Shown: piece after piece, positions 42,758-55,062 of the stretch
How the letters are laid out: every line of letters begins with the position of its first letter
Position numbering within the stretch: position 1 is the stretch's first letter
NCBI RefSeq assembly: GCF_009914755.1
Contig: NC_060926.1
Reading direction: 5' to 3' (one strand)
From: the human T2T-CHM13v2.0 reference genome, Homo sapiens
DNA length: 64,000 nucleotides
Position numbers and translations under genes: made by a program
Notes under the pieces: generated by a model
What the model saw: only the letters and a program-made list of their open reading frames with translations
Database searches by the model: none
Told to the model about the DNA's origin: nothing

Positions 42758-43772
42758 ATTACCTTCTTCAGATAAAAATCTAATCCCTGGAATATAGGGA
42801 AATTTCACAATCATCATCTTGGCCCTCACATTTACTTTTCTGTTATCAGTAACTTCAGAACATACAATTTATGTAAATGGAAAAAGAGAAAAAAGACAAT
42901 TAAAATACAACCAAATGTTATTAATAAGAGTGGTCTCCAATAAGTGGAGTGAGACATTATTTCTATGTCACATTCTTTATGAACACAACTTTGTTTTGCA
43001 CAACACATGATCGTAATTAACAAATATAATACTTTTAGAAGAGAGGCCCTGTTAGACATGAGTGGACAGCTTTGGAATCAAACAAACTAGAGTTGGAATG
43101 TTGCCTTCACTTCATTCCTTGAGCTGTGTGACCTTGGGTAAGTAACTTAACCTCTCTAGACTTCAGTTTTCTCAACTGTAAAATTAGGAAAATAGCAACT
43201 TCGTAAGATTATTGAGGATGTGATTATGCACATTGATCAGTAAGTGGTCAATGTAATCATATCATCACTGCTACTATAATTCAATTTTCAATTTAAGGAT
43301 AATGTTCTCTTATATATTTAATTTTTCCTCATTATTCTAAAACTTAGAACTCCTCCATATATAATTAAAAGTGTGAAAATCTAAAAATACTTCTGCCAGT
43401 ACAAGATGCACAGACACATACACACTTAATTCAAAGACATATGGGTACTTAGAATATTGAAGTATTTTCTAAATTGTTTTCTATTTTACTCAGATCATTT
43501 CTAGCACCAACTCAACCTTTGCTTTTTGGATGAGTTTGGTAAGGATTAATTCTACTTCCAATTTGGTGTGTTTGGTGTGCCAAAATGTATCTATTATAAG
43601 ATATGTTATATTGCATACAAGTGGAAGTAGGTGGAGTATTCCTCTGTTATAAAGAGTATTTACAAATTTCCATTGGGAAATATCAGCTGCTCACTATTAT
43701 CTGCAGTATTGATAAGACTACAGCTATATCTTTATCCATTTATTCTCCATTAAAGAAATTGTGATAAACTGC
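42758..43772 (+). other. CIMIP6: Probable 3' UTR of CIMIP6
   Basis: AT-rich sequence after the stop up to the ATTAAA at 43749; end inferred about 18 nt past the signal. Confidence 0.55.
43749..43754 (+). terminator. Candidate distal polyadenylation signal (ATTAAA)
   Basis: ATTAAA, a CA dinucleotide about 18 nt downstream, then a U/GU-rich tract (tattttttgtgttgg). Confidence 0.55.
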
Positions 43773-44498
43773 AAAATAATGAATGTCATTATATTTTTTT
43801 GTGTTGGGGACTTCTAGTTCTTGCCACATATATATCTCCAATGTATATCTTGGAGATCTTTCCTTGTCAACATATGTAGGCAACCTTGTTATTTTAATAG
43901 CTCCATAGTCTTCAACACCATAGGTATACTACTATAAAATTGGAAAAATTAGAATGCAAGTTTTGGTATGAAGACAGGGAAGGGAGAGGTTGTTAGCATG
44001 TTTGGAAAAAGGTCTTAAAGCCTAGGGACTTGAATTTTTATCCTCATTGGAACAGGGATGGAAACTTATGTCCTCCAAAGTAGAAAGATAGAATTGAAAT
44101 CTGCATAAAGCTAGAACTCTCAAATGGCTGGCCTGTCAGTACAAGGCAGACTCCACTCCACTCATATAACCAGGAAGATAGCAAGAAAATTTGCCTCTGC
44201 CTGGAGCTATGGATAGTGAATAAACTCCTTGTGAAAAAGTAAAGCCCCAAGCTTGTACCATGCTCCAGTTAGGAATATGAATTTACATGTAAGACTTCTC
44301 TTAGGACACAAAACCAAAAAATTCCTCTAGTGATACCACTGAAGTCCCTGACAAAAGCAAATGCAAACCCTCCCTGGAGAGAGTTTCATGATCAACACAA
44401 AAAAGGAATCCCTGTTAAAGATAGTCACAAACAAAAATTACAAATCACACCAAGAAGAAAACCAAACTGAGCAAGAGTCTGCAGTACAAAAGAATGAC

Positions 44499-44570
44499 TA
44501 TAATTTCAGAACTGGAGATAAAAGAATTAAAACATATAATTTCAAAACTGGAGATAAAAGAATTAAAACA
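44499..44570. repeat. 36-bp tandem duplication
   Basis: tataatttca(g/a)aactggagataaaagaattaaaaca twice, 35/36 identical. Confidence 0.95.
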
Positions 44571-44752
44571 CTTTCAATTTGAAGATCCTTGGTTTTTTTC
44601 CACCTTAGAAAATTTTATTATGTTGCCTTTTCTGTTATTTCCATCCCTTCCATTCTTTCTCTTCCCTCTTTCTGGAACAGCTATTAGCTAAATGTTTGAA
44701 CACTTGGATCTATCGTCTATGTCTCTCATTATCTGTCTGTGTGTGTATGTGT

Positions 44753-45040
<288 letters not shown>

Positions 45041-47752
45041 TCTCATTATCTTTCTCATGGTACTTCGCCACTAAGTAATGCAAGAATTCCGTGACACTTT
45101 CTACTAATTTGCTTTTCAGCCTTGTCTATTGGTATGCCAGTCCATTTATTGAAACTTAATATTTGACCATCTATTAAACTTAGTATATATTTAATATCCA
45201 ATCTATACATGTTTCCTCAGTACATAAGACTCTTGCTCTATTATGGATATGATCATCTCTCCTAGGATATTGTAGTTATGCTTAAAATGTTTTGTTTGCT
45301 CTCTCAATTCTATTAACTTTTGTTTGTTGAGTGTGAACCTCGCACTCTGGGTATTGTACTTTTTCCCAAATGCTTCACGTCTCTTAATTGTCTACTCTTC
45401 TTGGATTATATGGTTTCCAGGTTATTATCAGTTTCTGTTGACTATAGCCTGACTTTGGGACAAGTTTGGGATGTAGACAGGAGCTGAACATGATTTGTCT
45501 GATGAGCTCTTTGGTCTTCCTGGGGGTCGGTAGCTACTTGGGCATTACCCTGCTTCTCCAGCCCCAGTGTATGATTTGATTCATGCCACAGTTACCCTGG
45601 CTTAACATAGCAGGGAAACAGAAAGGGAATGACTGGTTTGCTGCTCCACATGCAGTTCCCTAACTTTTCAAGTTGATAAATGGCCCAAGGCTTCTTCTAC
45701 CTCTTCATATTCATTGACTCTAGGCTTGTAGTCCTATCAGACCTACTATCAGGTCATCTCTACACAGGTTAGGCTTTTGTTTCCTTTAGTTTTGTTCTTC
45801 TAAACGTGAGTTCTTTAGTAATATCTTTCAAAATTTATTTAAAAATTTTTTTTTCTGATCATAAGTTTCCCTGCTTTCTAACTCTATTAAAATGGATTTC
45901 ATTGTCTATATTTATCTACATTTTATGGACTTTAGAGGGCAACAGGGAGTGGCTGTGTGTGATCAGTCCACCATCTTGAGTCAATCTCTAATTTTCTAAA
46001 TCATTTGCAAACTTAGTACTTTAACCATTAGGAAATAACACATTCTCTGCAACAGACCTCATGGTTGACTGACAAATGTCACTGAGGATTGACACAGTCC
46101 TTGTGTCCCACATAATTTAGAGGAGAATGGTCTGGGGTCATAAGCCCAGTGAGTGGTTCCTACCACAGGCTAGGTTGGTTCTCAATCTTTTCAAACATGA
46201 GGGCATCTTTTCTGCATGAAGATAAAAAGTTTATGGTTCCTCACAATGACTGAAAGTCATTGAACTTTCAGTATCCATTGTGTGGGAAATCTGTAATAAA
46301 ATGCAATGATGATTTCCAGGTTTAAGTCTCTATTTTTTTAAATGCAAAGGGTGTGTCTCTCCAAAATGAATTCCATAGTCTATTAAAGTCATAACTGCCT
46401 GTCAGTACAAGTAGTGCTCTTAAATTTCACAAGAATATTTGAATGTTTCCAAGTAGTTCCCTTATTATTTCCAAAGAATGATAGCCTTTACCAGGATACA
46501 AGATCATTTTTCAAATTACAAAAAATAAAAAAGAAAACCAAACAAAAACAAAAACCATCATTTATTATTAAAGTCAAAAATACTTTAATGAAGGTGCTAA
46601 TGGTTTCTAACATTGCTATTAATAGCATAAATTTGTATATGTTAAGTACTGAAGCATTTTAAAATCTATTATCTTATGTGACTCTTATAATAATCCTATG
46701 AAGCAGGGCAAATAATAATTGCATTTCACAGCTATTTACAGAGAACATAAATGATTTCCCCAAGTCTGCAGTTAGCAAGCAACTAGGACCAGATCCAGAG
46801 TTTCTCAATAACCGGTCCATTAATTCCCAGATGTTAACCAACAGGGCAATGCTGGCCCATAACAAATGAAAAAACAAGGATAGAATAAAGAAGTATCAAG
46901 ACAAATAACTTCAATTCTTTTATTGAAGAGACTGCAACTTTACTGCATTTTGGGATTTAAAATACTCTTTGTTAGACTCCTTACTGCCTTAACGGACTAC
47001 GTTGATGTTGGAAGCACCCATCATCCCGAACACAGATAAATGTAGGATAAAATATAACAGGAACATTTGAAATATACAACTAAGCACTAAAACAAGAAAT
47101 TAAAATCCTCAGGTGCCAGAAATGGAGAGAACACAAACAAGCAATGAGCAAGAGGTGAGACTAAATAAGCAATTGCAGAGTTGGAATCAGAGGATGAACT
47201 TGTGGGCTGAGATTTTAATGCCTGAGCTGGAATGGGAATGGAAGCCCCAGGTGCAGTGGAGTTGGAGCTGTGCAAAGAGCCAGGATCCTAGAAGAGCTTT
47301 GCTGCTGTGAAAATAATTCTGGGTTATCTCCTCCCATTAGCCTGGGAATTAGGGGAGGTAGTAGATTCATTACCACCTAGATGACACACCTACCAAACTG
47401 AGCTATGCACAGGAGTGGGGTCCAGTGTGTATTCATGAGAAGGAAATGCAAACCAAGAAAGCAACAGAAATACTGGTTTGAACCAGGAAACTTGAAGAAC
47501 CCTGTTAAAAACAAACAAGAAATTGCCCCATAGTGACAATTAATAAGCCTGCACACACGAGACAATGTGGAAAAAAATCCCAAGATGAGATGGTTAAAAA
47601 CAAAAACACAAGAGGAAAGAACAAAAACTTCCCAGGAAAGGAGTTAGCAGAACTCATATGCCAAGAATTACAGACAATAGAACAGATAGACTATATAAAG
47701 TAAGTATACTTAAAATGACTCAAGACATAAGAGAATACAAAGTATACAGAAA

Positions 47753-47929
47753 CCTCTTGCTTCTGCTCTCACCATGTGATATGCTGGCTCTGCCTTTGCC
47801 TTTGCCTTCTGCCATAATTGTAAACTTCCTGAGGCCTCACTAAAGCCAAGCAGATGCCAGTGCTGTGCTTCCTGAACAGCCTGCAGAACCATGAGCCAAT
47901 TAAACCTCATTTCTTTATAAATTAAACAA
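47753..47929 (+). mobile_element. MST LTR 3' fragment with A tail and 14-bp TSD
   Basis: cctcttgcttctgctctcaccatgtgat...caattaaacctcatttctttataaatta, flanked by aaagtatacagaaa twice. Confidence 0.82.
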
Positions 47930-48219
47930 AAAGTATACAGAAAGACCAGAACACCATAAAAATAGGCACATTTGGGAGGGAAGCTATAGAGATTCTACAG
48001 TTTAAAATGTCTAATTTTTAAAAAACTTAATTCAGTAGATTAAACATAGCTTAAGAGAAAATCAGTAAATTGGAAGATAGGACTGAAGAAATCTCACAAA
48101 ATGCAACACAAAAAGATTTTTAAAATATTAATAGGAAGACAGAGAATAGAATGTTATTAAGAGTTCCAGAAGGATATTATACAAGGAACATGAGAAAAAA
48201 TTTGAAACGAAAATGGCTA

Positions 48220-48671
48220 TGATAGAGACTACTACTTGTTTCCCAATAGCCAGTCATTACCTCTGTCTTACTAATAAAATCACCCATTTTTAGCTGGAAA
48301 TTTGGCTGACCAGAATAAAGACAGTATTTCCCAGCTTCCCTTGTAGCTGGGTTGACTATATTACTATGTTCTGGGATATAACCAGAGCAGCATGTGCAAC
48401 TTCTAAAAATGTCCTTGAAGGGAGGATGTAGGCACTATTTTCTTTCTAGTAGCTGGAATTCAGCTGTGATAGTTTAAGGTTTTAGCCATCTTGCTTAAAA
48501 TGGAGAAGCAATAAAATGCAAGGATCCTTGAGCCCCTGACATCATCAAACACACCTGGATGGCCTAATCTGTATGAGAAAGAAATAAACTTCTATCTTGT
48601 ATAAACTACTCTGATTTAGGATTGTTGTTTTCTTTAATCGCTTGTAGCAAATTCTACTCCTAACTTATACA
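48220..48671 (+). mobile_element. MLT1J-type MaLR solo LTR
   Basis: tttcccagcttcccttgtagctggg...gagaaagaaataaacttctatcttg...taacttataca. Confidence 0.72.
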
Positions 48672-49044
48672 ATGATTGAGCATTTTCTAGGATTAAAGAA
48701 AGATGTGAGTTTTCAATCTGAAGGGGAAAAATCAATTTTGAACTAGAAAAATGAAATCCAGACATAGACGCATAATAGTGAAACCACAGAATATCACATC
48801 TAAAGAGAAAAACCTTAAAAACAAATCAGAGATAAAAGAGCTCTTACCTATAAAGGAAAGACAACCATAATGTCAGCAGACTTCTCATCGACAACAATGG
48901 ATGCAAGGCAGCAATGGAGTAATATCTCAAAAATACTGAAAGTAATAATGGTCAACACAGAACTCCATGCTAAAATAAACTATAAGAATGAGGGTAAAAT
49001 ATGGACATCGTCTGACATACACAGATTAATAGTAATTGCAAGCA

Positions 49045-49290
49045 CTTAGATAATACTTATATAACTGTACAAGGTACTATTCTCAGTGCTATATAAATAT
49101 TTTAACTCAGTAATCTCCAAAACCTCTGAAGTAGATAGTGTTAATATAACCATCTTAGAGATGATGAAACTAAGATACAGGGAGGTTAAGGTAACTTACC
49201 CAAGGTCACCCAGCTAGTAAATAGCCAAATTGGGATTTAAGCCCAGGCATTCTAAACTAGACTCCATGGTTTGATTAATCACTGTGCTTC
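49045..49290 (-). mobile_element. MIR
   Basis: gatgatgaaactaagatacagggaggttaaggtaacttacccaaggtcacccagctagtaa. Confidence 0.78.
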
Positions 49291-50659
49291 ATCATTTCCA
49301 TGACTAATCGAGTTAGTTACTCACAGATCTTCACTGAAATATTAAAAGATGTCATTTAAAACATTTATATTAAATCTAGACAGAAAAAGTTAGGATGTAA
49401 GCAGAAAAGCAAGGCAAATAAATCAGTAAATCACACTGATTAACCTATATATTAACTATGAGGATGTTCTTTCATGAAATTATTCTGATAATAGATTCTA
49501 GGGGACTTTTTCCCTTATAGTTTCTTCATTTGGCAAAATATATATATCTGACAACCCTATGTCAGTTCCCCCAACCTCCAAAAAAAATTGGTAATTTTCC
49601 TGGTCTGTGAAATTCCAAAATCTGGAAACTATTGGTTTGATCTATTGTGAAACAGGATTTTTTTTGAAAAAGCAAATTTGCAAGGTTTATTACTGTATCA
49701 TACAAAAATATATATATTTATTGGTAATTGGGTATTTGTATTCATGATGTAGGGAGGACAGGCAGCATGAAACCATTAGTCAGAATTGCTATTCTCTAAG
49801 GAACATGGCCCTAGGAAAGGGTATGCTATAAATCAAATGTAAAAAAGGAGAAGAAAAACCCTTTCCACCACAGAACTTCATTGCCAACTTAAGATTTATG
49901 GAGAAAATGCTTTTGGTCAGTAAAATATATCAAGATGCTCTATAATATTTCAGCCAGGAAGGCAGAGTCCGGTGCTATTCTATGGCCACAAAGCCAAAGA
50001 TGGATTTCAAGAGATAGAGAAAATATGTTACTTTTTACTTACTTGCAATATTTTCTTTATTACAAAAATTTCTTCAAATTACTCTGTAAACTTTTTGAAG
50101 TCTGTAGATTGAGAAAACATTAGTTTTAATCTTAAGTAACCTTATAGGTCACATAATTTCCTCATTATCTAGTCAACCTTACACTAGGAGACATCCCCCA
50201 AAAAATGGTCCCCAGAGTTCTAGCTCTTTGTTTCACAATCATAAGCAAAAAGAGTTGAAGAAACTTATGACCTAACACAATTTTCATGACTAGAATATTA
50301 ATTGTAGCACTAACAGAAATTGAATTTCCACATTTGGTTCTTCTGTAAAAACAATTTCATTTGTTTGCTTTTGCTTTTGTTTCTTTACAGTAGTTTCATC
50401 AGCAGCTTATGTATTTTGTTGTGGTAGGAGTTGTGGATAGTGGGAAGGTACTTTTAAACATCAGTCAATAAAGTTAAAATTTCTTTGAAAGCCATTAGAT
50501 AGCCTATGATGTCTGGTATACATGGCTTTGTGTACAGTAATTCTTATATGCACTAGAAAATAACACTGAGCTAGAAGGACAAAAGGAAAAGCCCTGTCAG
50601 ATGTCTGCTTGCAGTCTCCTCCATTGGGTTTCAATATGAGATTTCCATAACCCTAGTGC

Positions 50660-51250
50660 ATGCCTATGCAATAAAGGATTAATCTGGCCCAAAGAGAGGT
50701 CTGGCCTTTGCTCTTGGATCCTGTGAGGTAACTTCTAAGACCTTGGAATGTCCTGCGTGAGAAGAGTGTCTTTGTTTACTTGGGGGCATTGAGCCATGCC
50801 AGATAGTCAGTGTGATTTATGGTGAGGGGTCTTGGGCCACATGGCATCTGCTTGACCTCCAGAGGGACTGGAGACTGAAGTCAGCCACACAGCTGTCAAC
50901 CATGTCTTATATGACAAAGTCCAATAAAAACTCTGGACACCAAGGCTCAGGTAATTTCCCTGATTGGCATTACTCCATGCCATGTATCATCACACATTGT
51001 TGTTGACAGAAGTCAGCACTGTCCACAATTCTGCTGGGAGAGTACAACTGGAAGCTCATGCTTGGAATTCTCTCGGACCCTGCCCTATATGCCTCTTTTA
51101 TTTGCTGATTTTTAATCTGATTCTTTTACTGTAATAAACCATAATAATGTATACAAGAGCTCTGGAGTGAGGGAGTGAGTTCTGGGGTCCTTCTAGCAAA
51201 TTATCAAACATGAGGGTGGTCTTGGGGACCTCACGCTTGAATTGGTACTG
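50660..51250 (+). mobile_element. MER21-family LTR
   Basis: gagaggtctggcctttg...ccttggaatgtcctg...caataaaaactctggacaccaaggctcagg...gagttctggggtccttctagcaaattatc. Confidence 0.75.
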
Positions 51251-52168
51251 CATGCATCGTATGCACAAAGCATACCAGGCCACAGGAGCCTGCAGCCATC
51301 ACACTGGGTCACAGGACAATTTTCCTCTCATGACAAGCACTTAACTCCTCAGTTACCAAAACACTGCGAAAGGCAAAATGTGTCAGGAATTTGTGTGTGG
51401 GGGTGTGTGTGTATTTGGTGTGTATGTGTGTCTGCCTGATGTGAAATGAACCTGGACTTACAGACATTTTGACTCATACCATCTAACAATAATCTTAGGA
51501 GGCTAAAAAAAAAATCCTTTACATCACTGGGGAGACAGCTTAGACCAAACGCTGAAAAATCTGGTTTCTAACCCTACGGCAGGTCTTGGAGCAGTTCATC
51601 TCATCTACATGAACATCAGTTTTCTAGTCCATGAAGCAAGAACAATTAGAGCAACTCTACTTGGGTTGTGGGTCATCTTAAGGATCACATTAAGAAAGAA
51701 AACTGATTTGAAAGTGCTTTAGAATTTGTAAAGCAACCAGATAGATGTACAGTTTCATTATCTCTTCACGAGCCCATGAAAATTTTCACTGGCAAATCAA
51801 AATGGTTGTTTAAATAACCAGGCCAATTCGTTGGTTACAGCAAAGCACTGTTTTGAAAGGAGGAAGAAGACTACTGAGTGCATTTGTTTTCTGATATATG
51901 ATTTCCCAGGCCACAAGGTAGTTTGTAAACCAATGCCATGCTGACATTTTTCATCACACCAATCACACCAAAGTTGCTAGAGTTATTAAAAGAATTCAGT
52001 GAGGGGCGTGAAGGGCATCCCCACTGCAGAACAGCCAAGTGAGATGTTCCTTCCTTCACCTTGCTTCTAACATTATTGCTGGGGAATTCACACAGTACAA
52101 AAACATAGAGTAATTCCATACTACTTTAGTCCTATATTTTGGTCTTGCCAACTATTAAGAAAAAGAAG

Positions 52169-52456
52169 TCAGCCAGGTGTAGTGGCTCACACCTGTAATT
52201 CTAGCACTTTGGGAGGGCGAGACAGGTGGATCACCTGAGGTCAGTTGAAGACCAGCCTGACCAACATGGTGAAACCCCATCTCTACTAAAAATATAAAAA
52301 TTAGCCAGTTGTGGTGGCTTGTGCTTGTAATCTCGGCTTCTCGGGAGGCTGAGGCAGGAGAATCACTTGAACTCAGGAGGTGGAGGTTGCAGTGAGTCAA
52401 GATTATGCCACTGCACTCCAGCCTGGGCAGCAGAGTAAGACTCTGTCTCAAAAAAA
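52169..52456 (+). mobile_element. AluS
   Basis: Full sense dimer with an A-rich tail. Confidence 0.93.
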
Positions 52457-54556
52457 GAGAAAGGAAAAAGACAAGAGAAAGAAAGAAAGTCAAAATTACA
52501 TTTTCAGAGAAGGAAGCAGGAAAAAAGTTAAAGCTCCCTGCCACCTTTACAAGAGTGTTGTGGAAATTATAAAATGTTACTCATAAAAAGTACCTTGCAA
52601 ATCCACTCAAAGGTGTATTACAATTATTTTTAGTACTAAAAAAAAAAAACATGTAAAGACGACTAGTAAACTTGGAAATACAGAACTTGCCATACAGTTG
52701 ACATGTTTTTTGGTTTTGCCATCCAGAGTTCTCTCAAGAGTCTGAATTGGGCAAGAACCGAAATAACTTCAAACACACAAATCTGAGTAGTTCTGCCTAG
52801 TGACTCCTAAGCTGACACTGGTTAGTTTGAACTGTGGGAAAAGTTGAAGCAGCCTGTTGATCTTTAGGAGAAAGTTCTGTTGCGGGGGCCTGCTTCCCTT
52901 GTGACATGCATGGAGAGGAAGCCTGAATGGAGGGGTGGGCTGTGACCCACCAAGGCCAGGATAGCAGAGTTCCTGACGTTCTCCTGAACTTCCTGGAAGT
53001 CTTGAGAGGTGAGACAGTCCCTGGAGGGGTAGTCTGCCCCCGTCAACTTTGGCCGTACCCAGGGTCGCCTGCCAAGTGAACTGTTTTTATTGTTAGCAAA
53101 TGTCACTCCACCCAGGGCAGGATTTTCAAAGATTCCTTAGATGAATGGGAACTTCTGGTTGCTCCTTGTTTTCTGAAGTGTGTTATGACAGGCATTTGAT
53201 CTGTTCCTTCTTTGTAATTCAGGAAAAATTCCTCAGGGCCTAGAGGGTGACCTTTAACAGAAAGCTACAGACACTGTTATTCCTTTCCAGGCAGTTGCAG
53301 GGCCCGATGGGTTGATAGATTAATTTTCTCACAGATGTGTCCATGTTTTTAGGCTGTTTAAGAAGAAAGAGGAAACATGTCACTGCTCTATTTCCTTGCT
53401 TGATTTTTGAACCCCCCACATGGGAAGATGGGGAGGGTTGAGAGAGGGAGGTGAAGTGCAGAGCTCAGTCATAGAGGAGACCCCAGGAAGCAAGAGGGTG
53501 TACCCTGCAGGTGCCACCACTGGGGCTGACACCCTTCACCAGGGTGCTGGCTCCTATTGGGTCTTTAGGGGGAAGGCAGGCCCATCCTTATTCCACATTC
53601 ACCCACAGTCATCTTGGGCAGGCACATCTAGGCCTGGCTTCTGTTCTGGTGCGGTCCCAAGGGAATGGCCATGCATTGATGAGTTTGGTCCTCAGTTCTG
53701 AGTGGCCCTGGGGAAAGGGCTATACCCCACCCCCACTCCACACCAAAGGCAGCTGTCTGGAGTTTTCCAGCAGGGAGGCTGGGTGCCTGCAGGCATCACA
53801 CCTGCTGTTGCAGTTGTCCACATCTTGCTTCTAGTAAATTTCAGACATGCCAGTGGTGGGCGAAGGCAAGGGCAGCCCAGGCGGCATCTCCTGGGAGGAC
53901 AGCTTCAGTGCCAGAAACACAGTGGGTTGGCCAGGAAGCTAATCCCACAATGTGGGTGGGCACAGGAGTGGTTCCAGGCATGCTCCTGTTTGGGGAGCAG
54001 CTGCGCAGCTGTGGGAAGAACTGAGTCTATGGAAGCAGGAAAGCAGGTTTCCGAAGTCACGGCTCTGTCACTTGCTGGCTGTGTGACCTTGAGAATGCTA
54101 CCTAACCCCTCCGGGTCTGGGTCCTTTATGTGTTAAATGATAATGTGAACAGCTACATCAGATGTCCTAGGAAGGAATAAATGAGATAGTACATGTGGTG
54201 GTGCTCTGACAACAATAGCTGCTAACGTTCATGGAACTATTCTATGAACTGTGTATGTTTTAGCTAGCATTCTCAGCAACCTTTTAAAGTAGGTCACTAT
54301 TATTATAATCATTAAAATGGGACAGCAGATAAAGAATGTGGGGTGGAGCAGAGAGATTAAGAAACTTGCCTGTGGTCAAACTGTAACTATGCAGTGGAGC
54401 CGATCTTCAAGCCAGGTCGTCAGATTCCATGCCCACCCTCTTCATCACCAGCAATGATATTATGACGCAGGAAATGTCAGTGTTCATATTTATCATAAGG
54501 CTTCCTTCCTCCTTAGCCTCATCTTCAGTCGGTTGCTGGCATCTGCAGAGTGTACC

Positions 54557-55062
54557 TGTAGCCGTATTTGTCCACTTGTTTTTATTATGTCACTCATCGT
54601 GGTGGTTGTAAAACACGGCCTCAGGCTTTTTGAAGCTCCTCCTATTGAGAGGTGGAGTCTGTGTCCCCTCTGCGAATCTGGGCAAGCTTGTGACTGCTTA
54701 GACCAACAGAGCAAGGCAGGAGTGATGACAGGAGACTTCTAAGGAGAGGTCATAAAAGTCCACCATGTAAGAAGTTTGACTACTCTGGGGCTGCTGTGCT
54801 GTGAGGTCATGCCAACCAGCAGTCTTGGCAGAGTCCAGCCTGCACTCTTCCCCAGGGTGCCAGGCACATGAGTGGAAAAGTCATCTTGGAAGTGGCCCTT
54901 GCAGCTCCAGCTCTTCTTCAGACCCAGCCACTTGAGCCCAGTCTTTTTAGCTAAGGCCCCAGATTAAGGAGGAGGGACAAGTCATACCTACTGCATAACA
55001 AAGTGGTGGTGTTTGCTGCTCTGTTTGGGGTCCTTTATTGTACTGCAATAGCTAACTGGCAC
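54557..55062 (+). mobile_element. MLT1F/G/H-type MaLR LTR
   Basis: cctcctattgagaggtggagtct...gcttgtgactgc...gcaatagctaactgg. Confidence 0.68.

Larger units (their letters stand above)
46970..49030 (+). mobile_element. Old L1 5' UTR/ORF1 relic with nested MaLR pieces
   Basis: A-rich; atcagtaaattggaagatag and cagacttctcatcgacaacaatggatgcaag ORF1-type motifs. Confidence 0.65.

Noticed and set aside
44499-44570. 36-bp direct repeats of CRISPR-repeat size
   Set aside because: Only two abutting copies, no spacers, in mammalian DNA: a simple tandem duplication.
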